Source of the DNA: an uncultured Clostridia bacterium
GTDB taxonomy: Bacteria; Bacillota; Clostridia; Oscillospirales; CAG-272
Assembly: GCA_937898155.1 (NCBI GenBank)
Contig: CALEJO010000205.1
Coordinates: forward strand, 1 to 29,126
Reading direction: 5' to 3'
Length of the DNA stretch: 29,126 bases
Numbering within the stretch: position 1 is the stretch's first letter; the number at the start of each line of letters is the position of its first letter. The translations under genes and the position numbers were made by a program. This document shows positions 1-7,744 of this stretch, in pieces. Under the pieces are notes generated by a model. The model worked only from the letters and a program-made list of their open reading frames with translations. It was not told the DNA's origin and made no database searches.

Positions 1-26
1 GAAAAGGTACAATGGTGTAGTATGTA

Positions 27-839
27 ATGAGTAACTATTTTGTATTTACTGACGAAGCTGGTGTATATCAACAATATCCAAGCGATAAGCACCGTAGCAG
101 TCACCCATTTTACATACGGTCCAATGTAACAATGTCTATTGATGATTATCGTCAGTACCAAACGGATATTGAGCGTATTAGCGGGCAATATGAAATTCCA
201 TACGGCGAAGAAATAAAGTGGGCAGATTTATGGAGCAAAGAGAAGAACAATCCACGTTCTCAAAAAATCGCTACAATACCGAAAGACCGGCTCAAGGGGT
301 ACTATCGAACAGTATTTGAAACGGCAGTCGCTAAAAAATCTACGCAATTTATGTTTACTGTCACCGAAATGTATCAAGGTAGTTGCTATTTGAAAAACGA
401 AACGACATATCGCTTTCATTTGCAGGATGCGTTTCAACGCATTCAGATGGATCTGGACAATACAGACGGCTTTGCCACATTCATTATGGACGAGCTGAAT
501 GTTGATACCATAAAGCAGATAAAATCGGCTTGTCACGATTTTACCGTAAAAGGAGATTTTGTTAAGTACAAAAATCTATATCAAGGCGTTCTAATTGAGA
601 ATAGTCTTTTCAGCCCCGGCATCCAGTTAGCAGATTACGCCGCCGGCGTTATGAATGGATATTTGCGTCGAATGGTATTATCTCCAAGCAATTATGAATA
701 CGCCAAAAACCTTTTTGAAAGTTTCATAAAGCCCAATCTTCGCCAAAGTATTCTTGGTGAGATTGCCGGGTACGGTGTTGTTGATGTACCAAAAAGGACG
801 CAATCACGAGAAACGCTGTCAGCTGTTTTCGACGAATAA
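27..839 (+). CDS. DUF3800 domain protein (predicted RNase H-like fold)
   Basis: 270 aa. N-terminal YFVFTDEAG, central FIMDE and C-terminal SPGIQLADYAAG match the DUF3800 motif pattern (DE near the N terminus, QxAD near the C terminus). Confidence 0.8.
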   Translation: MSNYFVFTDEAGVYQQYPSDKHRSSHPFYIRSNVTMSIDDYRQYQTDIERISGQYEIPYGEEIKWADLWSKEKNNPRSQKIATIPKDRLKGYYRTVFETAVAKKSTQFMFTVTEMYQGSCYLKNETTYRFHLQDAFQRIQMDLDNTDGFATFIMDELNVDTIKQIKSACHDFTVKGDFVKYKNLYQGVLIENSLFSPGIQLADYAAGVMNGYLRRMVLSPSNYEYAKNLFESFIKPNLRQSILGEIAGYGVVDVPKRTQSRETLSAVFDE

Positions 840-867
840 TGCAAGAAGATGCTTTTATATGTTAATA

Positions 868-917
868 AAGAAAAGTGGGCATGGAGTCGCGTTTCACGAC
901 TCTATACCCATTCTTTT
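868..917. terminator. Long hairpin, probable bidirectional intrinsic terminator between DUF3800 and tnpV
   Basis: AAGAAAAGTGGGCATGGAGTCG-cgtttca-CGACTCTATACCCATTCTTTT: an imperfect stem with A/T tracts on both sides, between convergent genes. Confidence 0.7.
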
Positions 918-946
918 AATAAATCTTTGACCGATTGCAAACACGA

Positions 947-1321
947 TTATTGATATACAATCTCCCGCAGAACGATCTCCTCGGCGGCGGATTTGCAGTT
1001 GTTCATCTCCTGTACCCACAGGAGCGCGTTCTCGGCTTTAAGAGCTTCATTCACGCCACGTTCGGCGGCGAGACAGTCAATGATGCTGTTCAGCATTTCG
1101 TGCGCTTGCAGGTCGATTGTATGTAGGTGCTCGTTGAGTTTACAAGTTGTCAGCAGGTGCGAATACGTTCCGCGACGATGTTCCTTGAGATACGCAAGGT
1201 GTAGGTCGCCATACTTGCCAATCCGGTAATGTGCCTGCTCGGGCAGTGCAAAGTCGGGGTAAAGATAGCCGTTTTCTTCGTGGTATGTGCCTCCGAATTG
1301 TTGATAGATGCTGTTTGTCAT
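947..1321 (-). CDS. tnpV: TnpV family transposon-encoded protein
   Basis: 124 aa from MTNSIYQQFGGTYHEENGYLYPDF. IGKYG..HLAYLKEHRRG.Y..LL and GVNEALKAEN.L.WVQEMNN.K..AEEIV.RE.VY are typical TnpV motifs. GGAAAGGA RBS upstream. Confidence 0.88.
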   Translation of the reverse strand: MTNSIYQQFGGTYHEENGYLYPDFALPEQAHYRIGKYGDLHLAYLKEHRRGTYSHLLTTCKLNEHLHTIDLQAHEMLNSIIDCLAAERGVNEALKAENALLWVQEMNNCKSAAEEIVLREIVYQ

Positions 1322-1475
1322 TTCATTGATCATCCTTTCCCTTGATTTATACCCCTCCGTATTTGTAACGTTGGTAGTATATTTTTGGTCATTTTTCACG
1401 ATCCAAGCCGATTCTTTTTGACAAATCGAGCATTGCAAAGGTGAATTTTTGTTCGGGTGTCAATGTTGTCTGTGA

Positions 1476-1574
1476 CGGGTCGCCCTCGCGGATGCGCATG
1501 GTCCGGCGGATTTCCTTCGGAATCACCACGCGCCCGAGATCGTCGATCCGTCGAACGATTCCTGTTGCTTTCAT
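1476..1574 (-). pseudogene. spoVT: 5' fragment (33 codons) of spoVT interrupted by the element; the frame continues into element DNA to a stop at 1389
   Basis: MKATGIVRRIDDLGRVVIPKEIRRTMRIREGDP is essentially the SpoVT N terminus. The expected LEIF...ILKKY continuation is replaced by SQTTLTPEQ. AAAAAGGAG RBS is intact. Confidence 0.85.
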
Positions 1575-1637
1575 TGATACACTCCTTTTTGACTCCGTCA
1601 GATTGGGCAAATGCGCCACGCAAACGGATTACAAGGA

Positions 1638-1666
1638 TATTTTTCGCAAAAAGCCGAGAAATATGC
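1638..1666 (-). promoter_or_regulatory. Possible sigma-G/F-type promoter for spoVT
   Basis: GCATA-N17-AAAAATA upstream of the spoVT RBS; spoVT is a sigma-G gene in Bacillus subtilis. The -10 match is imperfect. Confidence 0.35.
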
Positions 1667-1711
1667 AACCGAAATCGGATTTCTCAAAAAACTGTTTTTT
1701 CGACCGCTTTT

Positions 1712-2197
1712 TTACCGATCTCCGTCTTTTTCTCCGAAAAATGCTTTCGTTTCAGGATACCGCCGAACGATCTCTTCCTCCTCGTATAAGATAAATCCCT
1801 GTTCCCGATATCTCGGCACCGTGATACAACTCAAAAAGGTGCCCTCTTCTTCCCGGCGGAACCGTCGGGATGCAAACTTGACGCCGCGCGGAAAGAACAT
1901 AAGCGGCTCGCATCCGTCTTCGATTCCCAAGCGAGAGATCGAAATTTTGCCCACTTCGTCGATCTGCCAAATCTCCAAAGGCGATCCTTGGATATAGCAC
2001 CAGTATTCGTCGCAATCGATCTCGTGAAATTTTGTATATTCATCCGGTGCCACATAATAATAGATCGCTCCGGACGCCGGTCTTCCGGGCTCGGTGCTCG
2101 GGCGATTGCATTCCGCAAAGGCGCCGTTTTCCACATGGACGGAAAGCGCGAATCGGTCCCGCAAGCTTTCCGCGCATATTTTCTCTTTTTGATCCAT
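1712..2197 (-). CDS. Cupin domain protein (Cupin_5/DUF985-like)
   Basis: L.VH.ENGAF.E, AIYY, FHEIDCDEYWCYIQGSPLEI and FLSCITVP.Y motifs. ATG at 2197 follows a GAGGTG RBS. Confidence 0.8.
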   Translation of the reverse strand: MDQKEKICAESLRDRFALSVHVENGAFAECNRPSTEPGRPASGAIYYYVAPDEYTKFHEIDCDEYWCYIQGSPLEIWQIDEVGKISISRLGIEDGCEPLMFFPRGVKFASRRFRREEEGTFLSCITVPRYREQGFILYEEEEIVRRYPETKAFFGEKDGDR

Positions 2198-2224
2198 ATG
2201 ATCCACCTCGCCCTCGTTTCCGTT

Positions 2225-3256
2225 TCAATAAAATTCCACACGGGAGACACAGAAGCAAGCCGCGAAGACCGCCTCGACGTCGCTGTCCTTGCACGACACC
2301 TTGTAAAGCCCCTGCCCCGGCAGTTTGTCGCCGAGCGGATTCTTCGCGTTGTCTTTCAGGATATTCACGCCGGCGGCTTCGAGATACGCGACCGGCACGC
2401 CGCAATGCTTGACGGTGAAATTCAGCTTGATACCACGGTGCTCCGGCTCGACCGAATAGCCGAGTCCGCTGAGATACCGCCAATTCTCCACATCATCAAT
2501 TTTGAAATGAGAGGAAGAGACCACGGAGAACATCAAAGAGTCCGTTCCGTTTCCGTAGCGCGTCGTCACGGTATGCGAGACCTTGTGCTCCTGCGTTTTG
2601 CCCGTGCGACGATCGGCAAACGTGAAGCGATAGGGCGTCAGCACGCCGATATGATCACAGATCGCCTCATAAACGGCTTCGCGCGCAGGCGTTTCGAGAA
2701 TATAACTCTGATTCAATTTGCCGGTCCAATGGAAATAGTATTCTCTCGTCGGCTCGTCATTCTGCTCGATCTGCGCGACAAGAGACGGATCGAACGTTTT
2801 TTCCGCAGGATCCTCGAACGGAGAATCGCTTTCGCTCTTCTTCGCGCCCTTTGCGATCATCCAAACCGCCGCCACGATCGCAATTACGCCGACCACGAAA
2901 AGAACATACGGAACGATCTCCCCGCCGGGCGCTTGAATTTCCTCCGGCGCGGCCGGATCGTAAAGCACCGTCACCGTGTCACCCTCTTTCATTGAAGAGG
3001 AATAGGCGGGATATCGGATCTCCTCGTGCCGGTTTCCGCTTTCGTCCGTATAGGAGACATACACATAATATAGTTCCTCTCCGGATGGATTGTTATAGGG
3101 CTCGATGCGTTGGATCACGCCGTCCGCGCTCGAAAACTCCGGCTTCGGCATCGCAATCACGATGCACGAAACGACGGTAAACAGCACGCCGACCGCAATC
3201 AAGGATAAATAGAAGCGAATCCGCTCGATTTTCCGAATCGTATTCCAAAATTTCAT
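2225..3256 (-). CDS. Membrane protein with DUF3592-like domain and C-terminal soluble domain
   Basis: Two hydrophobic helices flank a segment with VSYTDESG and GDTVTVLYDPAAPEE (DUF3592-type). AGGAG RBS. TTGTTT-N17-TAAAAT promoter at 3288-3316 on the minus strand. Confidence 0.65.
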   Translation of the reverse strand: MKFWNTIRKIERIRFYLSLIAVGVLFTVVSCIVIAMPKPEFSSADGVIQRIEPYNNPSGEELYYVYVSYTDESGNRHEEIRYPAYSSSMKEGDTVTVLYDPAAPEEIQAPGGEIVPYVLFVVGVIAIVAAVWMIAKGAKKSESDSPFEDPAEKTFDPSLVAQIEQNDEPTREYYFHWTGKLNQSYILETPAREAVYEAICDHIGVLTPYRFTFADRRTGKTQEHKVSHTVTTRYGNGTDSLMFSVVSSSHFKIDDVENWRYLSGLGYSVEPEHRGIKLNFTVKHCGVPVAYLEAAGVNILKDNAKNPLGDKLPGQGLYKVSCKDSDVEAVFAACFCVSRVEFY

Positions 3257-3364
3257 TTTTTGTTCTCCTGTCTTTTGTTATATGAATATTTTATCATAAA
3301 TTCCAGTTAAAAACAAGCGGAAACACCGAATCCCCAAAATCTCCCGTGAAGCATTGCTCCCCGT

Positions 3365-3394
3365 TCATAAATCCACGCACGTCCGCATATAGAT
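3365..3394 (+). promoter_or_regulatory. Sigma-E-type promoter of spoIIID
   Basis: TCATAAA...CATATAGAT (ATA-N16-CATA) just upstream of the spoIIID RBS; spoIIID is a known sigma-E gene. Confidence 0.6.
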
Positions 3395-3424
3395 GGAACA
3401 ACAAATGAGGTGGAGGCGCTACCG

Positions 3425-3700
3425 TTGAAAGGAATCGTGGAAGAGCGAGCCATCCGGCTCGGCGAATACATCGTGGAAAGCAAGGAAACCGTCCGGCGGA
3501 CGGCAGTCAAGTTCGGGATCAGCAAATCGACCGTGCATAAGGACGTCACCGATCGACTCCGCACCATCAATCCGTGGCTCTGGCGGGAGGTCGGACGCGT
3601 GCTGGAACAAAACAAAAAGGAACGCCATATGCGCGGCGGAGAAGCAACGCGACAAAAATACTTATCGCTGAAAAGTTCATCGCCACAAAAAAACGGCTGA
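3425..3700 (+). CDS. spoIIID: Stage III sporulation protein D, mother-cell transcription regulator
   Basis: IVEERAIRLGEYIVESKETVRRTAVKFGISKSTVHKDVTDRL...NKKERHMRGGEATRQKY. Probable TTG start after a GGAGG RBS. Confidence 0.95.
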   Translation: MKGIVEERAIRLGEYIVESKETVRRTAVKFGISKSTVHKDVTDRLRTINPWLWREVGRVLEQNKKERHMRGGEATRQKYLSLKSSSPQKNG

Positions 3701-3716
3701 AACCAGCCGTTTTTTT
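3687..3716. terminator. Bidirectional intrinsic terminator
   Basis: AAAAAAACGGCTG-aaac-CAGCCGTTTTTTT between convergent spoIIID and the GH20 gene. Confidence 0.85.
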
Positions 3717-3726
3717 GATTTTGATT

Positions 3727-5358
3727 TTACAGTTCGCTCTGACTTGCGCACTGATAATAGTTATTGTAATAGCCCGTTCTGCCGCGGAAGGTCTTGCCGC
3801 CGCCGTCGCAGTCGAGCAGCTCCTCGTCGAGCTCTTCCAGCGTCGGAAGTTCACCCGCAACGTAAGCGGCGAGGCGCTCCCGGCAACTCTTCAAACGTGC
3901 GTCGAGTCCGCCGAGGCGGATATCCTGCACCTCGAAGCCCGCGGGCTTCTTATCGTGCAGCCAGCACGCGCGGAACGCCAGATGGAATTCCTCCTTCGTG
4001 CGGATCGCTTCGTCGAATTCGGCGATCATCGCGGCAAGCGCCTGCTTGTCGCCCGCGTTGTAGGCGCGGCGCGTGCGTGCGCCCAGCTCATATTTATTGG
4101 CAAGGAACGCGCAAAGCGCTTTGGACATCCGGAAGAGATAGCCCCATTCCTCGTTCTCCGTCAGATCGCCGTATTCGTCGAGGTAGGCGCGGAACGCGTC
4201 CGCTTCCCCGCCGCAGACGACGGTATCGTATCTGCCGTAGAACGGATCGTTGAACGTCATATATTTCGAGGGATTTTTCACGTAGGAATAGCAACGGTTG
4301 GGATTCGGCGCGGCGTTCGGCACGCGGTCGGGCAATTCGACCTTGCAGAAATCGTCGAATGAGATCCCGTATTTCTTGCCGAATTCGGCTTTGATCACGT
4401 CCATATCCTGCTCGCCCGCCGCCATGCGCGCAACCGCGTAAAGCGCGGGAAGCATCGAAAAGATCGTGCATTCGCCGCCGTTATCGCCCCACATCGTAAA
4501 GAAGACGTTGCGGATATCGCCGCGCAGGCACGCGTCGATCGCAGGCGCCGCCATTTTCAGCGAGCCCTCGTTGTGCGGCAAAAAGCCCGTCCATGTCCAA
4601 AGGCCGCCCGCAAACCATACGTGGTCGGAAAGCGCCTTGTGATTGACGATCATCGTGTCGTAGATCGCCGGCTCCATCGTGTAATAGTCCCAGTAGACGA
4701 CGCCCATGCCGTCCGGCACCATCGCCCGCTCCGCCTCCGTGATCATTTCTTTCTCCGTCACGTAAGCGCCGCCGTTTGCCACGCGGAAGAACATATCGCT
4801 CCACATCATCGGCTCGAAGCCGTGCTTTTTCACGATCTCGTTCACTTTTGCGAGATGCTCTTTCAGGATCGTATAGCGGTCGGTATAGCCGTGCAGGTCG
4901 AGATATTTGCCAAGCCCGAGCATATGCGCTTCGTCCATGCCGATGTGGATACGGCGCGTCGTGAAGCACTCCTCGCACGTTTCGAGCATCCGGTCGATCA
5001 ACTCGTAAACGCGCTCGTCGCCGACGAGCAGGATGTCGTTGACGTCGAAATGACGCGAATACACGTCCTGCTGTTTGATGCGCGCCAGATGCGCGAGCGT
5101 CTGAATGCACGGGATCAGCTCCACACCGCGCGAGCGCGCGTAAGCGTCCAGCTCTTTCAGTTCCTTTTTCGTGTATCTGCCGCGGAAATAGCCGAAGTAG
5201 GGCTCACCCTCGATCTCAAAGGTGTCCTCGGTATAGAGCATGAGCATATTATAGCCCATATCGGAGATCAGATCGAGAAAGCGTTTGAGCGCGGGCACGG
5301 AATAGACCGCGTTGCGCGAGCAGTCGATCATGACACCGAAGGTATCGAATTTTTTCAT
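3727..5358 (-). CDS. Beta-N-acetylhexosaminidase (GH20-type), cytoplasmic
   Basis: GVMIDCSRNAV, YTEDTFE, LIPCIQTLAH and catalytic HIGMDEA motifs; MMWSDMF; TMWGDNG; no signal peptide. Confidence 0.9.
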   Translation of the reverse strand: MKKFDTFGVMIDCSRNAVYSVPALKRFLDLISDMGYNMLMLYTEDTFEIEGEPYFGYFRGRYTKKELKELDAYARSRGVELIPCIQTLAHLARIKQQDVYSRHFDVNDILLVGDERVYELIDRMLETCEECFTTRRIHIGMDEAHMLGLGKYLDLHGYTDRYTILKEHLAKVNEIVKKHGFEPMMWSDMFFRVANGGAYVTEKEMITEAERAMVPDGMGVVYWDYYTMEPAIYDTMIVNHKALSDHVWFAGGLWTWTGFLPHNEGSLKMAAPAIDACLRGDIRNVFFTMWGDNGGECTIFSMLPALYAVARMAAGEQDMDVIKAEFGKKYGISFDDFCKVELPDRVPNAAPNPNRCYSYVKNPSKYMTFNDPFYGRYDTVVCGGEADAFRAYLDEYGDLTENEEWGYLFRMSKALCAFLANKYELGARTRRAYNAGDKQALAAMIAEFDEAIRTKEEFHLAFRACWLHDKKPAGFEVQDIRLGGLDARLKSCRERLAAYVAGELPTLEELDEELLDCDGGGKTFRGRTGYYNNYYQCASQSEL

Positions 5359-5385
5359 GGTAAATTCCCCTTTTCCCTTGCGGGC

Positions 5386-5421
5386 AGAAGAAAATCCACC
5401 CCATTGGGCGGATTTTCTTCT
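5386..5421 (-). terminator. Hairpin/terminator downstream of the M6 protease pair
   Basis: AGAAGAAAATCC...GGATTTTCTTCT inverted repeat just past the stop at 5429. Confidence 0.65.
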
Positions 5422-5428
5422 TTTTATT

Positions 5429-7744
5429 TTATTTCTTCTTTTTCAAGACAAAGACGACCGCAGCCGCGATCACGACGACCGCCGCCACGATGCCGATGAT
5501 CAGACCGACGGGGCTTCCGGAGGGTTCCGGCTCAACGGGATCACCGGAGCCGGTCGTCTCGGCGGGAGACGCCGTCGTCGTTTCGGCGGGATCGCCGGAG
5601 GACGTCGTCGTTTCTTCGATGTCGTCTTCCCACTTCGCGTAGATCGTCACTTCGCCTGCCATCTGCTCCGCCTCGAAGTCAAACGGCATGGTCAGCGCTT
5701 CGTCGGCAAACCAGCCGGCAAAGACCTTGCCCGCCTTGGCGACCGGCACCGCCTCGCGGACGGATTCGCCCTCGGCACCGAACGAATAGCACGCCACGTT
5801 CTGCACTTCCGCGCCGACGTATTTCACCGAGACGAGCTTCTCGTTTTCGATCCATCTCGCGTAAAGCGCGATCTCTTCGTTGTCATTCTTGCCGACCGTG
5901 ACGTCAAACGGGAGTTTGAAGTTGGCATCGAGATACCAACCCGCAAACGTGCTTCCCTCTTTGTTCATCGGGAATTTGATCGAGATCGGCTCGCCGACGG
6001 TCGCTTTCTGCGAATACGCCTTGTCGGGCGAATTGAGTCCGCGGAAGAACGAAATGTTATAGTGCGTCGTATCCGTCGATTCGGTCTTGGTCTTGACGTT
6101 CGTCACAAAGTCCGGGATATCCGCTTTGTCCGTGTGGTAGGTGACAAGCACGTAATAGTTCTTGTTCGACGTCAGCTCGGAGAACAGCGCGACATAGGAG
6201 CCGTCCGCATTCGGCGTGATCTCCAGCGTCGTCGCGTCGGACATATCCGCTTTCAGCGAAAGCGCAACGGTGATGCCGTTCAGCGCCAAACCGTTCAGCT
6301 CGTTGATCTTGCCGCTCACCGTGATGGTGTTGGCGGTCTTGCTGTAATTGTTCGTGACATCGGGCGCGACGAGCGTCGTCGTGCCGGTGACTTTGATCTT
6401 CATTTCATGGCCCGCGTCGTCGAGCAACTCAATTTTCAGCGGGAAGAGGTCGCCCTGCCCCTCGGACATACTGGTGGACCAGGTCATGCTACCCGGGAAC
6501 TGATAGAAGTGTGCGTCAAACACCTGTCCCTTGACGCCGAACACGCCGGAGTTATAGGGGAAGGGGCTCGTGGCGGAAAGCGCCGCCACACCGATCTCGG
6601 AGCCGTTGTTCGCAGTCAAGCTCGAGGAACCGGCGATCGCCTTATAGTCCACGTGCCAGATGATGATGCCGCGCGTGCCGGTCAGGTCTTTCTCGCTGTC
6701 AAAATACTCGTTGCTCGGGTCGAAATACCGATTTTCGAGCAGGTAGAATTCATTGGGATTGAGCGTATTGATCTTATAGATCTGATAGGTGCCTTCGGTG
6801 CTCTGACGGGAATACAGCGTGTATTCGCCGTCGGTCATGACCTCCGGGATCGACCAGCCCTGATCGACGATGTGGAATGCGTCGAGATAAGAGGGGCTCG
6901 TGCCGGTCAGCTCGCCGCTGTTCGCGCCCGCAGAGCCGGCACCGCCCGCCGCCATGACGGAAACCGCACCGGCAGGAGAGTTCGCGCCGCCCCACGTTTT
7001 GTTCACGTAGAGGTCGTAAGTGCCGAGGTAGTGACCGAGCTCATGGCAGAACGTGCCGACGGTCAGAGGCGTGGAGCTATTCATCATTTCGCCGAATTTG
7101 ACAAAACCGGACGCGATCGCGATGCTCGTGCCGTCCTTGGAGGTCGCGCTCATCGAACTGTTCGTCTGGAACGCGTGCACGCTCGGCAGAGCGGACGTGC
7201 CGGCTCTCGTCGCTTCGAATCCCGCGCAAAGCAGGACGACCGCAAGCTCGCCCTTGTCGATCGAGCCGTTTCCGTTTTTATCAAACGATTTGAAATCCAC
7301 AAATTCCGTCGCCGCGGAGACCGCCAAGCTACGGTCGTTGGACGACGTGATGTTCGATTCGCCGCTGTGATCGTAATTGATCGAGACTTCGACGATACCG
7401 TCGTTCGCCACGTTATTGTGCGCGGCGTTGACGTAATTTTCCGTCGCGGGAATGAAATGGCAATGTCCGCAGGAAACGATATCGTAGAAATTCCAAAGAG
7501 ATTTCTTATACTCTTGGCTGAACAGAATCTTGCTCCAATACGTATCATCCGTTGTTTTGATCAGCGTATTGTTGCCGTTATCGGGCGTGTAGTTGATTTT
7601 GATCACGAGAAGCGGGATATCGCCCCAGCCCTCGTAAACGTCATCCGGAACCGGCGTGCCCATGCCGGCGCTGACGCAAAGCGGAAGTGCCGCCAGCATC
7701 AAAAACGCCAACAGCGCCGCGACAATTATTTTGCTGAATTTCAT
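5429..7744 (-). CDS. Secreted, membrane-anchored M6-family (immune inhibitor A-like) metalloprotease with InlB B-repeats
   Basis: Signal peptide; GTFCHELGHYLGTYDLY zinc motif; SVMAAG Met-turn; EFYLLENR; GIIIWHVD; two F.GW(Y/F).D......FD......LYA.W repeats; Thr/Pro linker, TM helix and KKKK tail. Confidence 0.85.
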   Translation of the reverse strand: MKFSKIIVAALLAFLMLAALPLCVSAGMGTPVPDDVYEGWGDIPLLVIKINYTPDNGNNTLIKTTDDTYWSKILFSQEYKKSLWNFYDIVSCGHCHFIPATENYVNAAHNNVANDGIVEVSINYDHSGESNITSSNDRSLAVSAATEFVDFKSFDKNGNGSIDKGELAVVLLCAGFEATRAGTSALPSVHAFQTNSSMSATSKDGTSIAIASGFVKFGEMMNSSTPLTVGTFCHELGHYLGTYDLYVNKTWGGANSPAGAVSVMAAGGAGSAGANSGELTGTSPSYLDAFHIVDQGWSIPEVMTDGEYTLYSRQSTEGTYQIYKINTLNPNEFYLLENRYFDPSNEYFDSEKDLTGTRGIIIWHVDYKAIAGSSSLTANNGSEIGVAALSATSPFPYNSGVFGVKGQVFDAHFYQFPGSMTWSTSMSEGQGDLFPLKIELLDDAGHEMKIKVTGTTTLVAPDVTNNYSKTANTITVSGKINELNGLALNGITVALSLKADMSDATTLEITPNADGSYVALFSELTSNKNYYVLVTYHTDKADIPDFVTNVKTKTESTDTTHYNISFFRGLNSPDKAYSQKATVGEPISIKFPMNKEGSTFAGWYLDANFKLPFDVTVGKNDNEEIALYARWIENEKLVSVKYVGAEVQNVACYSFGAEGESVREAVPVAKAGKVFAGWFADEALTMPFDFEAEQMAGEVTIYAKWEDDIEETTTSSGDPAETTTASPAETTGSGDPVEPEPSGSPVGLIIGIVAAVVVIAAAVVFVLKKKK

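Larger units (their letters stand above)
1..1475. mobile_element. Right end of an integrated element (tnpV + DUF3800 cargo) interrupting spoVT; continues beyond the left window edge
   Basis: SpoVT homology stops abruptly at 1476. DNA to the left is visibly AT-richer than the flanking host genes and encodes a TnpV-family protein. No recombinase or second junction lies in the window. Confidence 0.7.

Noticed and set aside
1322..1438. Upstream extension of the TnpV ORF (MQCSICQK...)
   Set aside because: TnpV similarity and the RBS begin near 1321-1340, and the longer start is a TTG with no RBS.
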